Origin: the human T2T-CHM13v2.0 reference genome, Homo sapiens
DNA: 64,000 bases
NCBI RefSeq assembly: GCF_009914755.1
Contig: NC_060931.1
Direction: 5' to 3' (one strand)
In this document: positions 49,903 to 63,480 of the stretch, in pieces
Layout: each line of letters opens with the position of its first letter
Numbering within the stretch: the stretch's first letter is position 1
Translations under genes and position numbers: made by a program
The notes under the pieces: generated by a model
Database searches by the model: none
Told to the model about the DNA's origin: nothing
What the model saw: only the letters and a program-made list of their open reading frames with translations

Positions 49903-51767
49903 AAATACCTAGGAATATATCCAACCAAGGAGGTGAAAGATCTCTGACAAAGAGAACTATAAAACTCTGCTAAAAAAAAAATTACAGGTGACATAAACAA
50001 ATGGAAAAACATCCCATGCTCATGAACTGGATGAATCAGTATTGTTAAAATGTCCATACTGCCCAAGGCAATGTACAGATTCAATGCTCTTCCTATCAAA
50101 TCACCAATGTTATTTTTCACAGAATTAAAAAAAAAACTATTCTAAAATTCACATGGAACCAAAAAAGAGCCCAAATAGCCAAAGCAATCCTCAGCCAAAG
50201 TTAAAAAGCTGGAGACATCACATTACCCAATTGCAAACTACAATACAAGGCTACAGTATGCAAAATAGCATGGCACTGGTACAAACACAGATACATACAC
50301 TAATGGAACAGAATAAAGAACCCAGAAATAAAGCCACACACAAGGAGCTGATTTTCAAACAAGTCAATAAAAATAAGCAATGGGGAAAGAAGTCCCTATT
50401 TAATAAATGGTGCTGGGGAATCTGGCTACCCACATGCAGAAGAATGAAACTGGACCCTTACCTCTCAGCATATAGAAAAATTAATGCAAGATGGGTTAAA
50501 GGCTTACGTGAAGACCACAAACTATAAAAATGCTAGAATAAAATCTAGGAAACACTGTAGTGGACATTGGCCTAGGCAAAGAATATATGACTAAATCCTA
50601 CAAAGCAATTGCTACAAAAACAAAAACTGACAAGTGGAACCTAATTAAACTAAAGAGCTTCTGCACCGCAAAAGAAACTATCAATAAACAGACAACCTAG
50701 AGAATAGGAGAAAATATTTGCAAACTATGGATCTGACAAAGCTGTAGTATCTAGAATCTATAAGAAACTTATATCAACAAGCAAAAAACAAATTACCCTA
50801 TTAAAAAGTGGGCTAAGGACATGAACAGATATTTAATAGAAGACATACCTGTGGCTAACAAACGTTGAAAAAAATGTTCCACGTCACTAATCATCAGAAA
50901 TGCAAATCAAAACCACAATGAGACACCGTCTCATATCAGTCAGAATGGCTATTATCAAAAAGCCAAAAAACAGATGTTGGCAGGGATACAGAGAAAAGGG
51001 AACACATACATTGTTGGTGGGAATGTAAATTAGTTTAGCCCACATGAAAAGTGGTTTGGAGTTTCTCAGAAAACTAAAACTAGAACTACCATTTGACCCA
51101 TCAATCCCATTACTGAGTATATACCCAAAGGAAAATAAAAAATACCAAAAAGACAGCTGTACCCTTATGTTTATCACAGCACTATCTACAATAGCAAAGA
51201 CACAAAATCAACCTAGGTGTCCATCAATAGTGGACTAAAGAAAATGTGATACATGTGTACCACAGAATACTATGCAGCCATAAAAAAGAAGAAAATCATG
51301 TCCTCTGCAGCAACATGATGCAGCTGGAGGCATGTTCTCACTTCCAAGTGGGAACTAAACACTGGGTACATAGGGACATAAAGATGAGAACAAGGCACTG
51401 GGGACTCCAAACGTAGAGGAGGGAGGTAGGAGGGTAAGGGATAAAAAACTTCCCATTAGGTACTCTATTCACTATCTGAGTGATGGTATCAAGAGAAGCC
51501 CAAACCTCAGTATCACGCAACATATCCTTGTAACAAGTACCCCTTGAATCTAAAAATAAAGCAACCAAGAGTAATAATACAGAAATATGTTGAATTAAAT
51601 ATAAACTTAGCCATCTGTAACTTTACATATATTTATCTGTCTTAATCTTGATGTTTAAAAAAACCTTACCCTTCTTTTATTACTTTCCATGTTACCTAGC
51701 TAGAAATACAGTAACACTCAGCAAATATTTTTTTGAATGACTGAAAATATATCATTCTATGTGCTGT

Positions 51768-52232
51768 CATAACCACATAAAACCAGTCTGGTTCAACTTT
51801 TATGTAAAAAAGCTGTGAGCTATTTTTCAGTTCCCATGGACCCTTAGGTCACATAACCTGATAAGCCCAGATCAACTAAGCATGCAATCACAGGGGGAAT
51901 CTAAGTGCTAAGCGCTTAGACTAAGGAAAGAAGTGGATGCTGCATGGCAGTATCCGTGATCCAATCCGATTGAGGTCTGGTATCACCCATCACAGGATTC
52001 AGTCAGATGATGCCTCTGGTGTCACCTGACTGCAAGATCCAATCACATCTCACCTCATTACCCTGTGCTTATAAAACCTGACCCAGCCCCCAGCTCAGAG
52101 GGGCACTGCTTTGGGAACTCTTCCTGCTGTTCTCCTTACTTGTAATAAGTAACAAAATTCCCTTGATCTTTAGTTGTGGTCACTGGGTTGATAACCAGCA
52201 AGTGATCAAACCCACGGGTTGTGTGAGTAACA
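51768..52232 (+). mobile_element. ERV solo LTR (LTR47/MER72-like)
   Basis: accagtctggttcaacttttatgtaa...repeated gatccaatc boxes, cttataaaa TATA box, ends gtaaca. Confidence 0.75.
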
Positions 52233-52599
52233 TTCTGGTTGCTTGAGGCTACTTGGTACTGTCATGGATAAAGCAGAAAATTTTTCTGCTTTTCAATTAT
52301 AGCTTTTCAGACTGAATAACTTTTCAATTCCAATAGTCTCTACCTTTTCTCTTCTTCTAAGCTCTCTCCATCCCCTAATTTTGTTAATACTGTGTATTAG
52401 CATTAAAAATGAATTTACCTTAGATATTCAAAAGATTAATATTTTTCACTATAGATTTACAGGTACAGAATAATATGTGCTATAGTCAAGTTAGGTAGAA
52501 CTGATCTGAATTTCCCTCAAGGCATTACCCCTTAACCTTTCCCTATCACACTCCTCTTAAGAGTATCATTACTCTATAAACATCCCACTTGAACTTCAA

Positions 52600-54090
52600 A
52601 TCATTGAAATTTAGATGTCACCCTTAACATTGCACAAATCCCTCTCAAGGTCAATGATGACTTAATCATTAAATCCAAGAACATCCTCTTAATCTGTATC
52701 CCACTGATGACTGACTTTCTGAACTGTTACGTTCACTGTGGCTTCATCATTGTTATACGTAAGCCTTCTCTAAAGTTCCACAGTTGAAGTTTCTCTCTTT
52801 CTATTTTATCATCTTTCTCCAGACTGATTCAGGTTATGTTCCAGATGACATGTGGTTCCACCAATCAAAATAATGCCAAATGTAGTAGAGACTTTTTTTT
52901 GAAACAGGGTCTCGCTCTGTCACTCAGGCTGGAGTGCAGTGGTGCAATCTTAGCTCACCACAGCCTCCGCCTCCTGAGCTCAAGTGATCCTCCCACCTCA
53001 GCGTCCCAAATAACTGGGACTACAGGCACATGCCACCATGCTTGGCTATTTTTTGTATCTTTTTTAAAGGTGAGGTTTTGCATGCTGTCCTAGCTGGTCT
53101 CAAACTCCCGGCCTCAAGCGATCTGCCTGTCTCAACCTTCCAAAGTGCTAGAATTACAGGCATGCACCACTGCACCTGGACTGCAGTTGAGACTTCTGTA
53201 ACTATTTTCTGATTTTTGAACGTGTTTCTTAGGTCCAGGCTCATATTTTCAACAACATGCAAGATAAATATTTTGGCAAAGGAGTCCTGGAAATACGTAC
53301 AAATTCAATTTATCCCAAACCATACTAAACTTCCCATTCCTTAACTCTTTTTCTCATTTTTTACCCCATAATATGTTCTCTACCCCACAATATATCTTCT
53401 ACTCTGTGAAATAACGCTAAGTTCAGCACAACCTTTGTATTTCCCTACCTCAACCAGGTATTACAACTCCGTAAAATCTCTTGTACTTATCTTCTTTCTG
53501 GATCTACCCAGAGTTCACAGTCTCATCTATTATTACTGTAATTGGTTTCTCCATTAAAGAGTATCTTTCAACCCATATAACAGTGTATGGATGCAGAGAC
53601 CTCCTCTTAAAAATATATTGTTTCTTAAGATGTTAAGATGGCTTCACCTGTACTGCAGAAACACAGGATGAATTGCTTGGCATAATATTCAAAGCTCTTT
53701 ATTATCTAAAACTCAGTCAGCTGTACTAGTCACTGTTTTCTGAAAATACAATGTATTTATGTACTTATACGTCTTTGTTAATCTTTTCTTTCTCACTGTT
53801 AAGCCCTCATTCCTTTGCGAGTCATCCTTCAAGGTTCACACCACATATTAGCTCTGAGATAAATTCATCAAATCTTCCCATAAAAATTATCATTAATTCC
53901 TCTGCCTTCACAGCACATTCCCTTTTACTCCATTTATAACACTCTCTTGCTAGTTGCATTCATGGTCCACTGGACTATGAGATCACTGTAAATGTAAGAG
54001 GGTGCAAAAGAGGAAGAAACATGCTCTATTTATCTTTGTAACCCTTTATGACTAACCTATGTTAACAGCACATGCTTGCTGAACTTAACA
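52600..54090 (+). mobile_element. Degenerate L2 fragments (split by AluJ)
   Basis: ctctcaaggtcaatgatgac, ccactggactatgag, and terminal atgcttgctgaa motifs. Confidence 0.55.
52893..53181 (-). mobile_element. AluJ
   Basis: Dimer in reverse complement; degenerate TSD gtagtagagactt / gcagttgagactt. Confidence 0.9.
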
Positions 54091-54264
54091 AGTATTTACT
54101 GAGGGCCTAGTATGTGCTGCCAGTTTTCTAGGAGCTAAGTTATCCACAAGGCAGATGTGGACTTTACTTCCAGAGTTTACAATGTGTTCTAACAGGAAAG
54201 ACAGACCATAAATAATTATAGTAAAATCTAAGAAAAGTTAGAATAAAAATAAAATGTGTTACAG

Positions 54265-55407
54265 CAGGGGTTTTCAAATGTTTTGGTCTCAGAACTCTTT
54301 TGTACTCTTAAAAATTACCAAATACCCAAAAAGAGCATTTGTTTATGCGGGCTAAATGTATTGCTATTTACCATATTAGAACGTATAGGTGAAATACTTT
54401 TAAAAAATGTATTAACTCATTGAAAATAGCAATGATAAAACCATCATATACGAACATAAATAATTTCTGTAAAAGAACTATGGTTTTCAAAACAAAAAAT
54501 TTATCAATAAGAATGGCATTCATATTTTTGTAAATTTCTAGTGTATGGCTGGTATAGTTTGGATATTTGTCCCCATTCAAATCTCACGTTGAATTGTAAT
54601 CCCCAATGCTGGAGGTGGGGCCTGGTAGGAGGTGTCTAGATCATGGGGGCAGACCCCTCATGAATTAATGCTATCACTGCAACAGTGAGTTCCTGTGAGA
54701 CCTTGTGAGACCTTGTGAGTTCTTGTGTGTGGCAACTCCCCGAAGTCCCCCAAACTTGCTCCTGCTTTTACCATGTGACACGCAAGTTCCTGCTTCGCCT
54801 TCCGCTGTGAATAATAGCTTCCTGAGGCCTTCCCAGAAGCTGAGCAATGTTGATGTTATGCTTCTTATATAGCCTGCAGAACCATAAGCCAATTAAACCT
54901 CTTTTCTTGTAAATTATCCGGTCTCAGGTTATAGATAGCAATGTGAGAACAGCTTAACACAATGGCTAAACCGAAAATGGCTGGATAACTGTCATACCAT
55001 CATGTTTTAGCATGTAGCAGAAGTACTTTTTCTGCGCTTCCCATTTCATCATGTAACACAAACACAATTACTCAAGAGTTTAGTTTAATAAAATTAATTT
55101 TTACTGCTTCATCCATGACATTTTTAAGTAAAACTGGCTTTAAAAGAAATTGCTAATGTATGAAGAATGCAATGACTATTACTATAGTTTGGTGCAACTG
55201 CCTTGATTTGTGCCAAGGTGCCAGCAGTTTTATCCACTGTTGCTTTTGAACTATCAGTACAAATTGCAACACAATAAAAAAGGCAAATAATGTTTTAGTA
55301 TGAATATAAAAATTCTTTGCATTCACAGACCATTCTCTTCCTCCCCCAACTCTATGAAAGGGCTTCTGAGACTCCTAGGGATCCACAGAGCACACTGAGA
55401 TTTGCTG
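54265..55407. mobile_element. Charlie1a-like hAT transposon split by MSTB
   Basis: caggggttttcaaatgttttggtctcag... terminus; degenerate 8-bp TSD tgttacag / tgctagag. Confidence 0.8.
54550..54961 (+). mobile_element. MSTB-like solo LTR (ERVL-MaLR)
   Basis: tggtatagtttggatatttgtcccc...cttaacaca; perfect 5-bp TSD atggc. Confidence 0.88.
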
Positions 55408-55419
55408 TGCTAGAGAAGT

Positions 55420-56450
55420 ATGCACCCTGTTGATAACAACTCTAGGAGTAAAGGAAGTTATCTATCAGAAAGTTTAATATTTGACACTATATCTAAGGAC
55501 AAACAGGAAATTATCCTGGTGAAGGGAATAAGTAATGGGTTGTAAAAGGATGTTCTAGGCAGAAGGGAAACACTAGGCATGAGCTGGAATTTTGCAGGAG
55601 CAAAATGAAGTTCAATATTACTGAGTTATACAGTTAAAAATGTACTGAGAAATGAGGGAGGCATATTTATGTTATATTAAGGAACTTGAATTTTATCTCA
55701 AAGGCAAAGTGACATCACTAAAAAGTTTTAGTAAAAGAGCTGGCATTATTGGGTTTGTATTTCAAAGAAACTCTCAAGTTGAATTGTGAAAAACAGATTG
55801 GAGTAAAACTGGAAAAAGAGACTACTTAGTAAGAGATGAGATAGAGGTAGACAGACTAACACAAAATTGAGAATTTAGAATTGATAGTAGGACTTGGTGA
55901 TTAACCAGATGTGCGAAGTAAAACAGCGGAAGGGGTCAAAAATAAATCTTAAAAGTTTCTGGCTTGGATATGTGTATGGATTTAATTAGAAATAGGGAAC
56001 TCTGGAAGAGGAATCAATCTGAGTGGTTCAGGAGGTAGGAAAGGAGAGAAAATTAGCTCGCTTATGACACAAGGATATTTCACTGGCACAAAAACAAACA
56101 GAGAGGTCTAGTGGGCAACTAGATATATGGAGGTCAAGTCAGAGGTCTGAACTGAAGACAGAGATTTGGAATAATCAGCATATATGTGGAAACAAAGCTA
56201 TAAGAGTTAATCAAGCCGCCATGTGCAGCTGCCATACGCTGAGTGTGAAGAGTAGAGAATCCAGGACCAACAATTAAGAGAGACACAGAGAAAGGGAAAA
56301 TACTGTTATTATGAAACAAGTAGATGGACTTATTTTTAAAAAACAGGTTTTTATAGCACAAGAATTAAGATGAGGATTTTTAAAAGAAGATAACATCGCA
56401 GTGACAGAAGAAAGATAGGAAGGAGAATACAGAAGTTGATTGTCATTAAC
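55420..56450 (-). mobile_element. L2 fragment
   Basis: Purine-rich L2 motifs (ttaaggaacttgaattttatctc, ggacttggtgatta, gatttggaataatcagcatat). Confidence 0.65.
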
Positions 56451-56487
56451 TACTAAATTGCCACTATTGCCACAAAATAAGCTAATA

Positions 56488-56670
56488 CAGGCTCAGTACT
56501 AATCTGAAATGCTTAGGACCAGAAGTGTTTTGGGTTTTGGAATACTTGCATTATATTTATCTGAAGTGCTCCAATGAACACTTCCTTCAAGTAACATATT
56601 GGAGCTTCAACAGTTTGAGATTTTGGGGCAATTTTGATTCTGAATTTTCAGATTTGGAGTGCTCAACCTG
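56488..56670. mobile_element. Tigger4/MER46 (Zombi) internally deleted element
   Basis: ta-caggctcagta...tgctcaacctg-ta termini; aaatgcttaggaccagaagtgtttt. Confidence 0.75.
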
Positions 56671-57759
56671 TAGAACATACATCTGCCATGCCCATAAAAT
56701 GAGTAATATTCACAGATATTTGCTCTGGTAAGGGTTTTAGCTTAAAACTCATTTGAAAATAGTCATTTGTTAGTTAAAACTAAACAGTGAAGACTCAATT
56801 CTCTAAATTATCTTTCTATAATTTTACATATAAGTCTAGTTAACCTTTTAAATTAAATTAGATTCAATTCTAGTTACTAAAATAATAAGTAAATCTTTAC
56901 TAGTTAGGGACATAATATACAGAACTACATTAAGAATCTTATAAACAGGTTAACAGAATAAATTTTTTGAATGCTGTACCTCTGACTAAGGAAACACATT
57001 TACTTTATGAATTCCTCCAGACAATTTCTTTCAGTAGAAAATATTCCGCAATCATCATTTTCATTTATACAGTCACATTATAGAAACCTGGATCATGACA
57101 TTCTTCTAAAAAATTTGCCAATTGAGCTGTTACTCAAATGATTTGAACCTTATAATCATCACTATTTTCATTCTCAATGCCTAGAGCTTTGGGTCATGAT
57201 CAGAAAATGTAGAGCTTTAGGGTTTTTAAACATAGTAATTCCCCCCAAAAAACCAGCTAGACGATCATACAGTATTTCTTTTATAGAAGAAAAAGAGACT
57301 CAGAATGTTAGATATTTCCCCAAAGTTATTCCCTGAGCCAGTGCTAAAAATTAGGTAAGTAACTGTAAAGAAGCAACTGATAAGCACAGATCATTTGCAC
57401 TCCATTTATTAATAAACTTCAATATAATTTTTTAAGTCTAGAAAATCTAAGGAGGGAAACTTAATTTTGAAATTGATAATAAGCATTCTTTCTGCATAAA
57501 TAGCTTTAAAAACTAGATTATGCATTTTTTACAGAGGACTTAATATCTTAATATTAAATACTAAGCCTCCAGAGACATCTGGTATTTGTAATTATAAACT
57601 TATCCAATTAAGATTTCAGCAAAATACATGTAGGATTTAACTTTCAGGTTTCAATATATTTGTATATATATTTGATTAATATACAACGGATTTCAAACTA
57701 GAAGCAAAACTATTAAAAACCATCACTGAAATACTTACAATTTTGTATGTGTATATTAT

Positions 57760-59313
57760 TGATGGCAGCGGTAGCCTGTCTGGAGTGGCTGCTGCAAAGA
57801 CACTGGCTGCAGCAGGGGAGGTGTGGCCAGAGCTACACACTCCATGAAGCTGGCAGGATCCGGGAACAGGTGGAAGACCCTTCCTCTCCCAAGTTGGAAG
57901 GGAAAGAGCCCCACCCTCCTGGGCGCAGCTGTTCAGCTGCGGCTGCAGACCCGGGCATCCCTGCGCTCTTGGGGGCCTGGGAAGCTCCACTGCCCCGCAG
58001 GCTCAGAAGTGCCTGCTCCTGCCGCCCACTCCAATTTCAGAGCAAAGTTGTGGGCCGAGTCCAGGCATTGTTGTAACCTGGCTGGGTATGCATGTATAGT
58101 GCTGACACTCCAGCCCCCTGCCACCTTGGCCCCCTCCAGACTTTGGGCACTGACGAGCATAGGAGGGAGGCCAAGGGCAGCATAAGGGTAGCCTGGTGCA
58201 GGCACCCCTTGGCATGAATAGCCTGGGTGCCATGGATGACATGAAGCCCCACCTTCAAGCCAGGGACAGCTTGAAGACTCAACTCAGCCAGGGGGCTGAC
58301 TTGTCAGTTCCAGATGGAGTCTACCACCCAGAATGAGAGGTTATGGTGCTTTTTCTGGGCCTGCCAATGGCCCAGTCAGCACACACTTCCTCCCTTCTGA
58401 GTCCATAAAAACCCTTGACTCAGCCAGACTCAAACAGACATTGGGACTACCAGCTGCGGTAAGGAGCTACCCAATTCAGGTCTCCTCGACTCATTGGGAT
58501 GACATGCCTGCAAATAAGAGCTACTCACTCCGGGTCTCCCCTCCATGGAGGGTTACACTCAGGACTGCCTGCCTACAGAAACAAGTTACCAACTCTGGGT
58601 CTCCTCTCCGCTGAGAGCTGGACACTTGTCAGGACAACCTGCCTGCAGAGAAGCTACCACTTGGGTCTCCTGAGAGCTGTTCTGTCACTCAATAAAGCTC
58701 TTCTCCACCTTGCCCACCCTCCAGCTGTCTGTGTACATTTTTCCTGGATACGGGAAAAGAACTAGGGACCCACCCAATGACAGGACTGAAAGAGCTGAAC
58801 AAAACAGGAGGCTGAAATGGCCCCCTACCCCGCTTGACACATTGCGGGCAACAAGGAGAGAAGAGCTGCGGCCCTTGGGGAGCCCAGACCAATTGGCTCC
58901 CTGAGCCAAGGCTGTGAAACCCTCTTTGGGGCTCTGTGGTTTCTGGTGTCTCCATGCTTCCAGGCACCACTGCATTCCCCTTGTTCAGACATGGATGCCC
59001 ACAGCGGAAGCTGCTTGTGGTACACTGGATCCAGCAGCAGGCTTGTCTGGAGCTGCATGCCCCGCCACAGCAGCTGGCACGCCTGGCTGTGTGCAGTGGC
59101 CGGACCCCATGTTCACTCACACACCCCTTGCCACTCTGCACCTGGCTTGCCCTTGGCAGGCATGGGATCTGGGCTGGTAGCACAAGCTGATAACAACCTG
59201 CCAGGCTGAGTCAGCAGAATGAGCCCAGTGGGCTCAAGCAAAACTTGGACAAAGGCACCACCAGCCATAGGAATTTCTGGCTGGAAAAGTGACAGCCTAA
59301 GGATCCAAAGACA
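57760..59313 (+). mobile_element. MER52A-like long solo LTR (ERV1)
   Basis: TG...CA termini (tgatggcagcgg...aaggatccaaagaca), 4-bp TSD ttat, GC-rich, AATAAA at 58691. Confidence 0.85.
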
Positions 59314-59330
59314 TTATGTTAAAAAGACAT

Positions 59331-59687
<357 letters not shown>

Positions 59688-60800
59688 TTAAAAAAAAAAA
59701 AAAAAAAGAAAAGGACATTTAACTTCCTCCTTTACTAGTGTAACATCTTTTGCTCACTAGGATCACCTCCAATATTAAAAAGTCCAAGAAAATAAAAAGA
59801 ATGTGAAAACTGAACAGAAATGAACTGCTAACTTAAAACAAAAACTCCTAAACCAGAGAGCATTAAAGAGGATATTAAAAAATCACGTTTAAACTGTTAT
59901 AAACTGAACTAGCAAAAAAAGCATTAATATCTAATTCAGTCCTTTTTATTAGATAATTTCCTATTGTCATGCAGTATATTACTCTTTGTCACAAATCTTT
60001 TAAGAATATGTCCAATATTTTATATCTTAAGGCAGAATGGAGATAAGGCCTATAGTAAGACTCTTGGATTGGCAGTGACCATCTAATATGTTTTGTACTC
60101 TTTCCTTTGGCTGACTGCCACTACTCCTTCCCCTCTTCCTTTTTTCCAGTTAACAATCTCAAGTAGATTGTTATAAAAACATGACCCTGCTATTCTAAAT
60201 ATGTCCTTCCATCCTTTCCATCCTTCTTTCCTTTTGTCTGTCTCTTCCATTCTTTCACCTGAGAAGCATGTGTTAAAGCCCCTCCTTCAATAACTACATA
60301 TATCAAGTATATCTTGAGTACTAAAGAACTCAAATTGGTAAATACTTAATATCCCCAAACAGATAATTCTAAAAAACAATAGCAAAAAAGGAAATAAAGA
60401 AATGATTCTATTCACAGCTATGTCTTAGTTGCCAAGAAGCTTAAAGTCAAAACTGTATTCCTATTTATAGCAAGGGTAATGGACATAAATGGCAGATGAG
60501 GATGAGTTTCTTTTCTCAAACTGACTACTGGTAATGCTTCTTAGAGCACTGTGCATAAAGCATTCTTAGGCCAAGCCCAGGCTCTGTAGGAATGATCCTA
60601 TGATAAATTACCTATATTTATCATAGATTTTGGAAAGTATGATGATGACATGCATGCCATACTTCTGCCATGGCAAGTACTAGAATTTCGCAGAATGCAT
60701 TTTACTTTTCTGACTTCCCACTATTTTCCTTCTATTTTACAAATTCGCTTTTCCTTGTTGTATTTTATGTATCCATTAGAAATGCACACTAATACAATGG

Positions 60801-63170
60801 TGTATTAGTCTGTTCTCATGCTGCTGATAAAGACATACCCCAGATGGGTCAATTTATAAAGGAAATAGGTTTAATTGACTCACAATTCAGCATGGCTGGG
60901 GAGGCCTCAGGAAACACAATCATAGCAGAAGGAGAAGCAAACACGTCCTTCCTCACATGGTGGCAGCAAGGAGAAGTGCAGAGCAAGGAGTTTTATAAGC
61001 CCATTAATAAAACCATCAGATCTTGTGAGAACTCACTCACTATCCTGAGAACAGCAGCATGGGGGTAATTGCCCCATTATTCAATTACCTTCCACCGGGT
61101 CCTTCCCACAACATGTGGGGATTATAGGAACTAGAATTCAAGATGAGATTTGGGTGGGGACAATGCCAGATCACATCATTTTACCCCAGCCCCTCCCAAA
61201 TGTCATGTCCTCACATTTCAAGACACCATCATGCCTTCCCTACAGTTCCTCGAAGTCTTAACTCATTCTGTTATTAACCCAAAAGTCCAAGTCCAAGGTC
61301 TCATCTGAGACAAGGCAAGTCCCTTCTGCCTACGAGCTTGTAAAATAAATGCAAGTTAGTTACTTCCTAGATACAATGGGGGTACAGGCACTGGGTAAAT
61401 ACACCCATTCCAAATGGGAGAAATTGGCCAAAACAAAGGGGCTACAGGTTCCATATAAGTCCGAAATCCAATAGGGCAGTCATTAAACCTCCAAGTTCCA
61501 AAATGATCTCCTTGGACTCCATGTCTCACATCCAGGTCATGCTGCTGCAAGAGGTAGCCTCCCACAGCCTTGGGCAGCTCCACCCCTGTGGCTTTGCAGG
61601 GTACAGCCCCTCTCCTGGCTGCTTTCACAGGCTGGTGTTGAGTGTCTGTGGCTTTTCCAGGTGCACAATGCAAGCTGCTGGTGGATCTAACCATTCTAGG
61701 ATCTGGAGGATGGTGGCTCTCTTCCTAAAACTCTGCTAGGCAGTGCCCCAGTAGGGACTCTGTGTGGAGGTTCCAAGACCACATTTCCCTTCCACACTGC
61801 CCTAGCAGAGGTTCTCCATGAGGGTTCCACCCCTGCAGAAAACTTCTGCCTGGACATTCAGATGTTTCATACATCCTCTGAAATCTAGGCAGAGGTTCCC
61901 AAACCTCAATTCTTCTATTCACACACTTTGTATGCACCCACAGGCTCAACACCATGTGGAAGCCTTCAAGTCTTGGGACTTGCACCCTCTGAAGCAATGG
62001 CCTGAGCTGTACCTTGGCCCCTTTTAGCCACAGCTGGAGCTGAAGCAGCTGGGATGCAGGGCACCATGTCTCAAGGCTGCACAGGGCAGGGGGGCCCTGG
62101 GATCAGCCCATGAAACCATTTTTCCTCCCTAGGCTTCTAGGCCTGTGATGAGAGGGGCTGCTGTGAAGATCTCTGATGTGCCCTGGAGGCATTTTCCCCA
62201 CTGTCTTGGTGATTCACATTTGGCTCCTCGTTACCTATGCAAATTTCTGTAGCCAGCTTGAATTTCTCCCCAGAAAACGGGTTTTTCTTTTCTATCATAT
62301 CATCAGGCTGCAAATTTTCCAAACTTTTATGCTCTGCTTCCTCTTGAGCACTTTGCCACTTAGAAATTTCTTCCACCAGATACCTTAAATCATCTCTCTC
62401 AAGTTCAAAGTTCCACAGATCTCTGGGGCAGGAGCAAAATGCTGCCAGTCTCTTTGCATAGGATGAGTGACCCTTACTCCAGTTCCCAACTAGTTCCCCA
62501 TCTCCATCTGAGGCCACCTCAGCCTCAGCCTGGACTTCATTGTCCATATCACCACCAGCATTTTGGTCAAAACCATTTGACAAGTCTTTAGGAAGTTCCA
62601 AACTTTCCCACATCTTCCTATCTTCTGAGCCCTTCAAGTCTCTTGGAAGTTCCAAGCATTCCCACATTTTACTGTCTTCTTCTGAGCCCTCCAAACTGTT
62701 CTGACGTCTGCCTGTTACCCAGTTCCAAAGTTGCTCCCACATTTTTGGGTATCTTTATAGCAACACCCCACTTTCTGTGGTACCAATTTACTGTATTAGT
62801 CCATTATCATACTACTAATAAAGACATACCCGAGACTGGGTAACTTATAAAGGAAAGAGGTTTAATTGACTCACAGTTCAGCATGGCTGGGAAAGCCTCA
62901 GGAAACTTACAATCATGGTGGAAGGGAAAGCAAACATGTCCTTCCTCACCTGGTGGCAGCAAGGAGAAGTGCTGAGCAAAAGGGGGAAAAGCCCCTTATA
63001 AAACTATGAGATCTTGTGAAAACTCACTTGGTATCATGAGAACAACGGCATGGGGGTAACCACCCCCATGATTTAATTACCTCCCACCAGGTCCCTTCTA
63101 TGACATGTGGGGATTATGGGAACTACAATATAAGATGACATTTGGGTGAGGACACGGCCAAACCATATCA
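60801..63170 (-). mobile_element. Complete THE1C MaLR: 5' LTR 62792-63170, internal 61179-62791, 3' LTR 60801-61178
   Basis: Two direct-repeat LTRs of about 378 bp (tgtattagtc...atca) matching recalled THE1C; near-perfect 5-bp TSD aatgg / gatgg; internal MaLR ORF remnant. Confidence 0.93.
62137..62742 (-). pseudogene. MaLR (THE1-int) ORF remnant, 201 aa
   Basis: NSLEGSEED.KMWE.LELPRDL...GFDQNA..DMDNEVQAE...CPRDLWNFELERDDL is the typical MaLR internal ORF; it terminates early. Confidence 0.75.
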
Positions 63171-63214
63171 GATGGGATGCCATTTTATTCCATCATGTTA
63201 ATAAAGAGTGAAAA

Positions 63215-63480
63215 AATGAAAATACTTAATGCTAGTGAGTTTTGGCAAAATGGGCATTTATATTGCTAGAGATAATGGAATTAGTATTATCTTTCTGGAA
63301 AGGAATTCAGTAATATGTACAAGAGCCCATTTATACTCTTCAACCTAAAACTCCACTTCTGGGAATCCATCCCAAAGACATGAAAACTCAAGCACAAAGA
63401 TTTATTGCTGAAATAAAACAGCTGTGAGAAAGGAAACAACCTAAATGTCCAATGAAAGAACAATTCATATAAAGCAAGAT
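63215..63480 (+). mobile_element. L1ME-type ORF2 3' fragment
   Basis: ccacttctgggaatccatccc and ggaaacaacctaaatgtcc. Confidence 0.65.

Larger units (their letters stand above)
45130..51558 (+). mobile_element. Full-length degenerate old primate L1 (L1PA17/L1PB-like), antisense to SAMTOR
   Basis: GC-rich 5'UTR, ORF1 remnant (46745-47131 coiled coil ...LDKAEERISELKD...NLQLTGIPERE), disrupted ORF2 and 3'UTR; perfect 14-bp TSD aagcaaccaagagt (45116-45129, 51559-51572). Confidence 0.93.

Noticed and set aside
57676-59209. Dense cluster of 80-164 aa ORFs on both strands
   Set aside because: Expected from the GC-rich MER52 LTR; no protein family resemblance.
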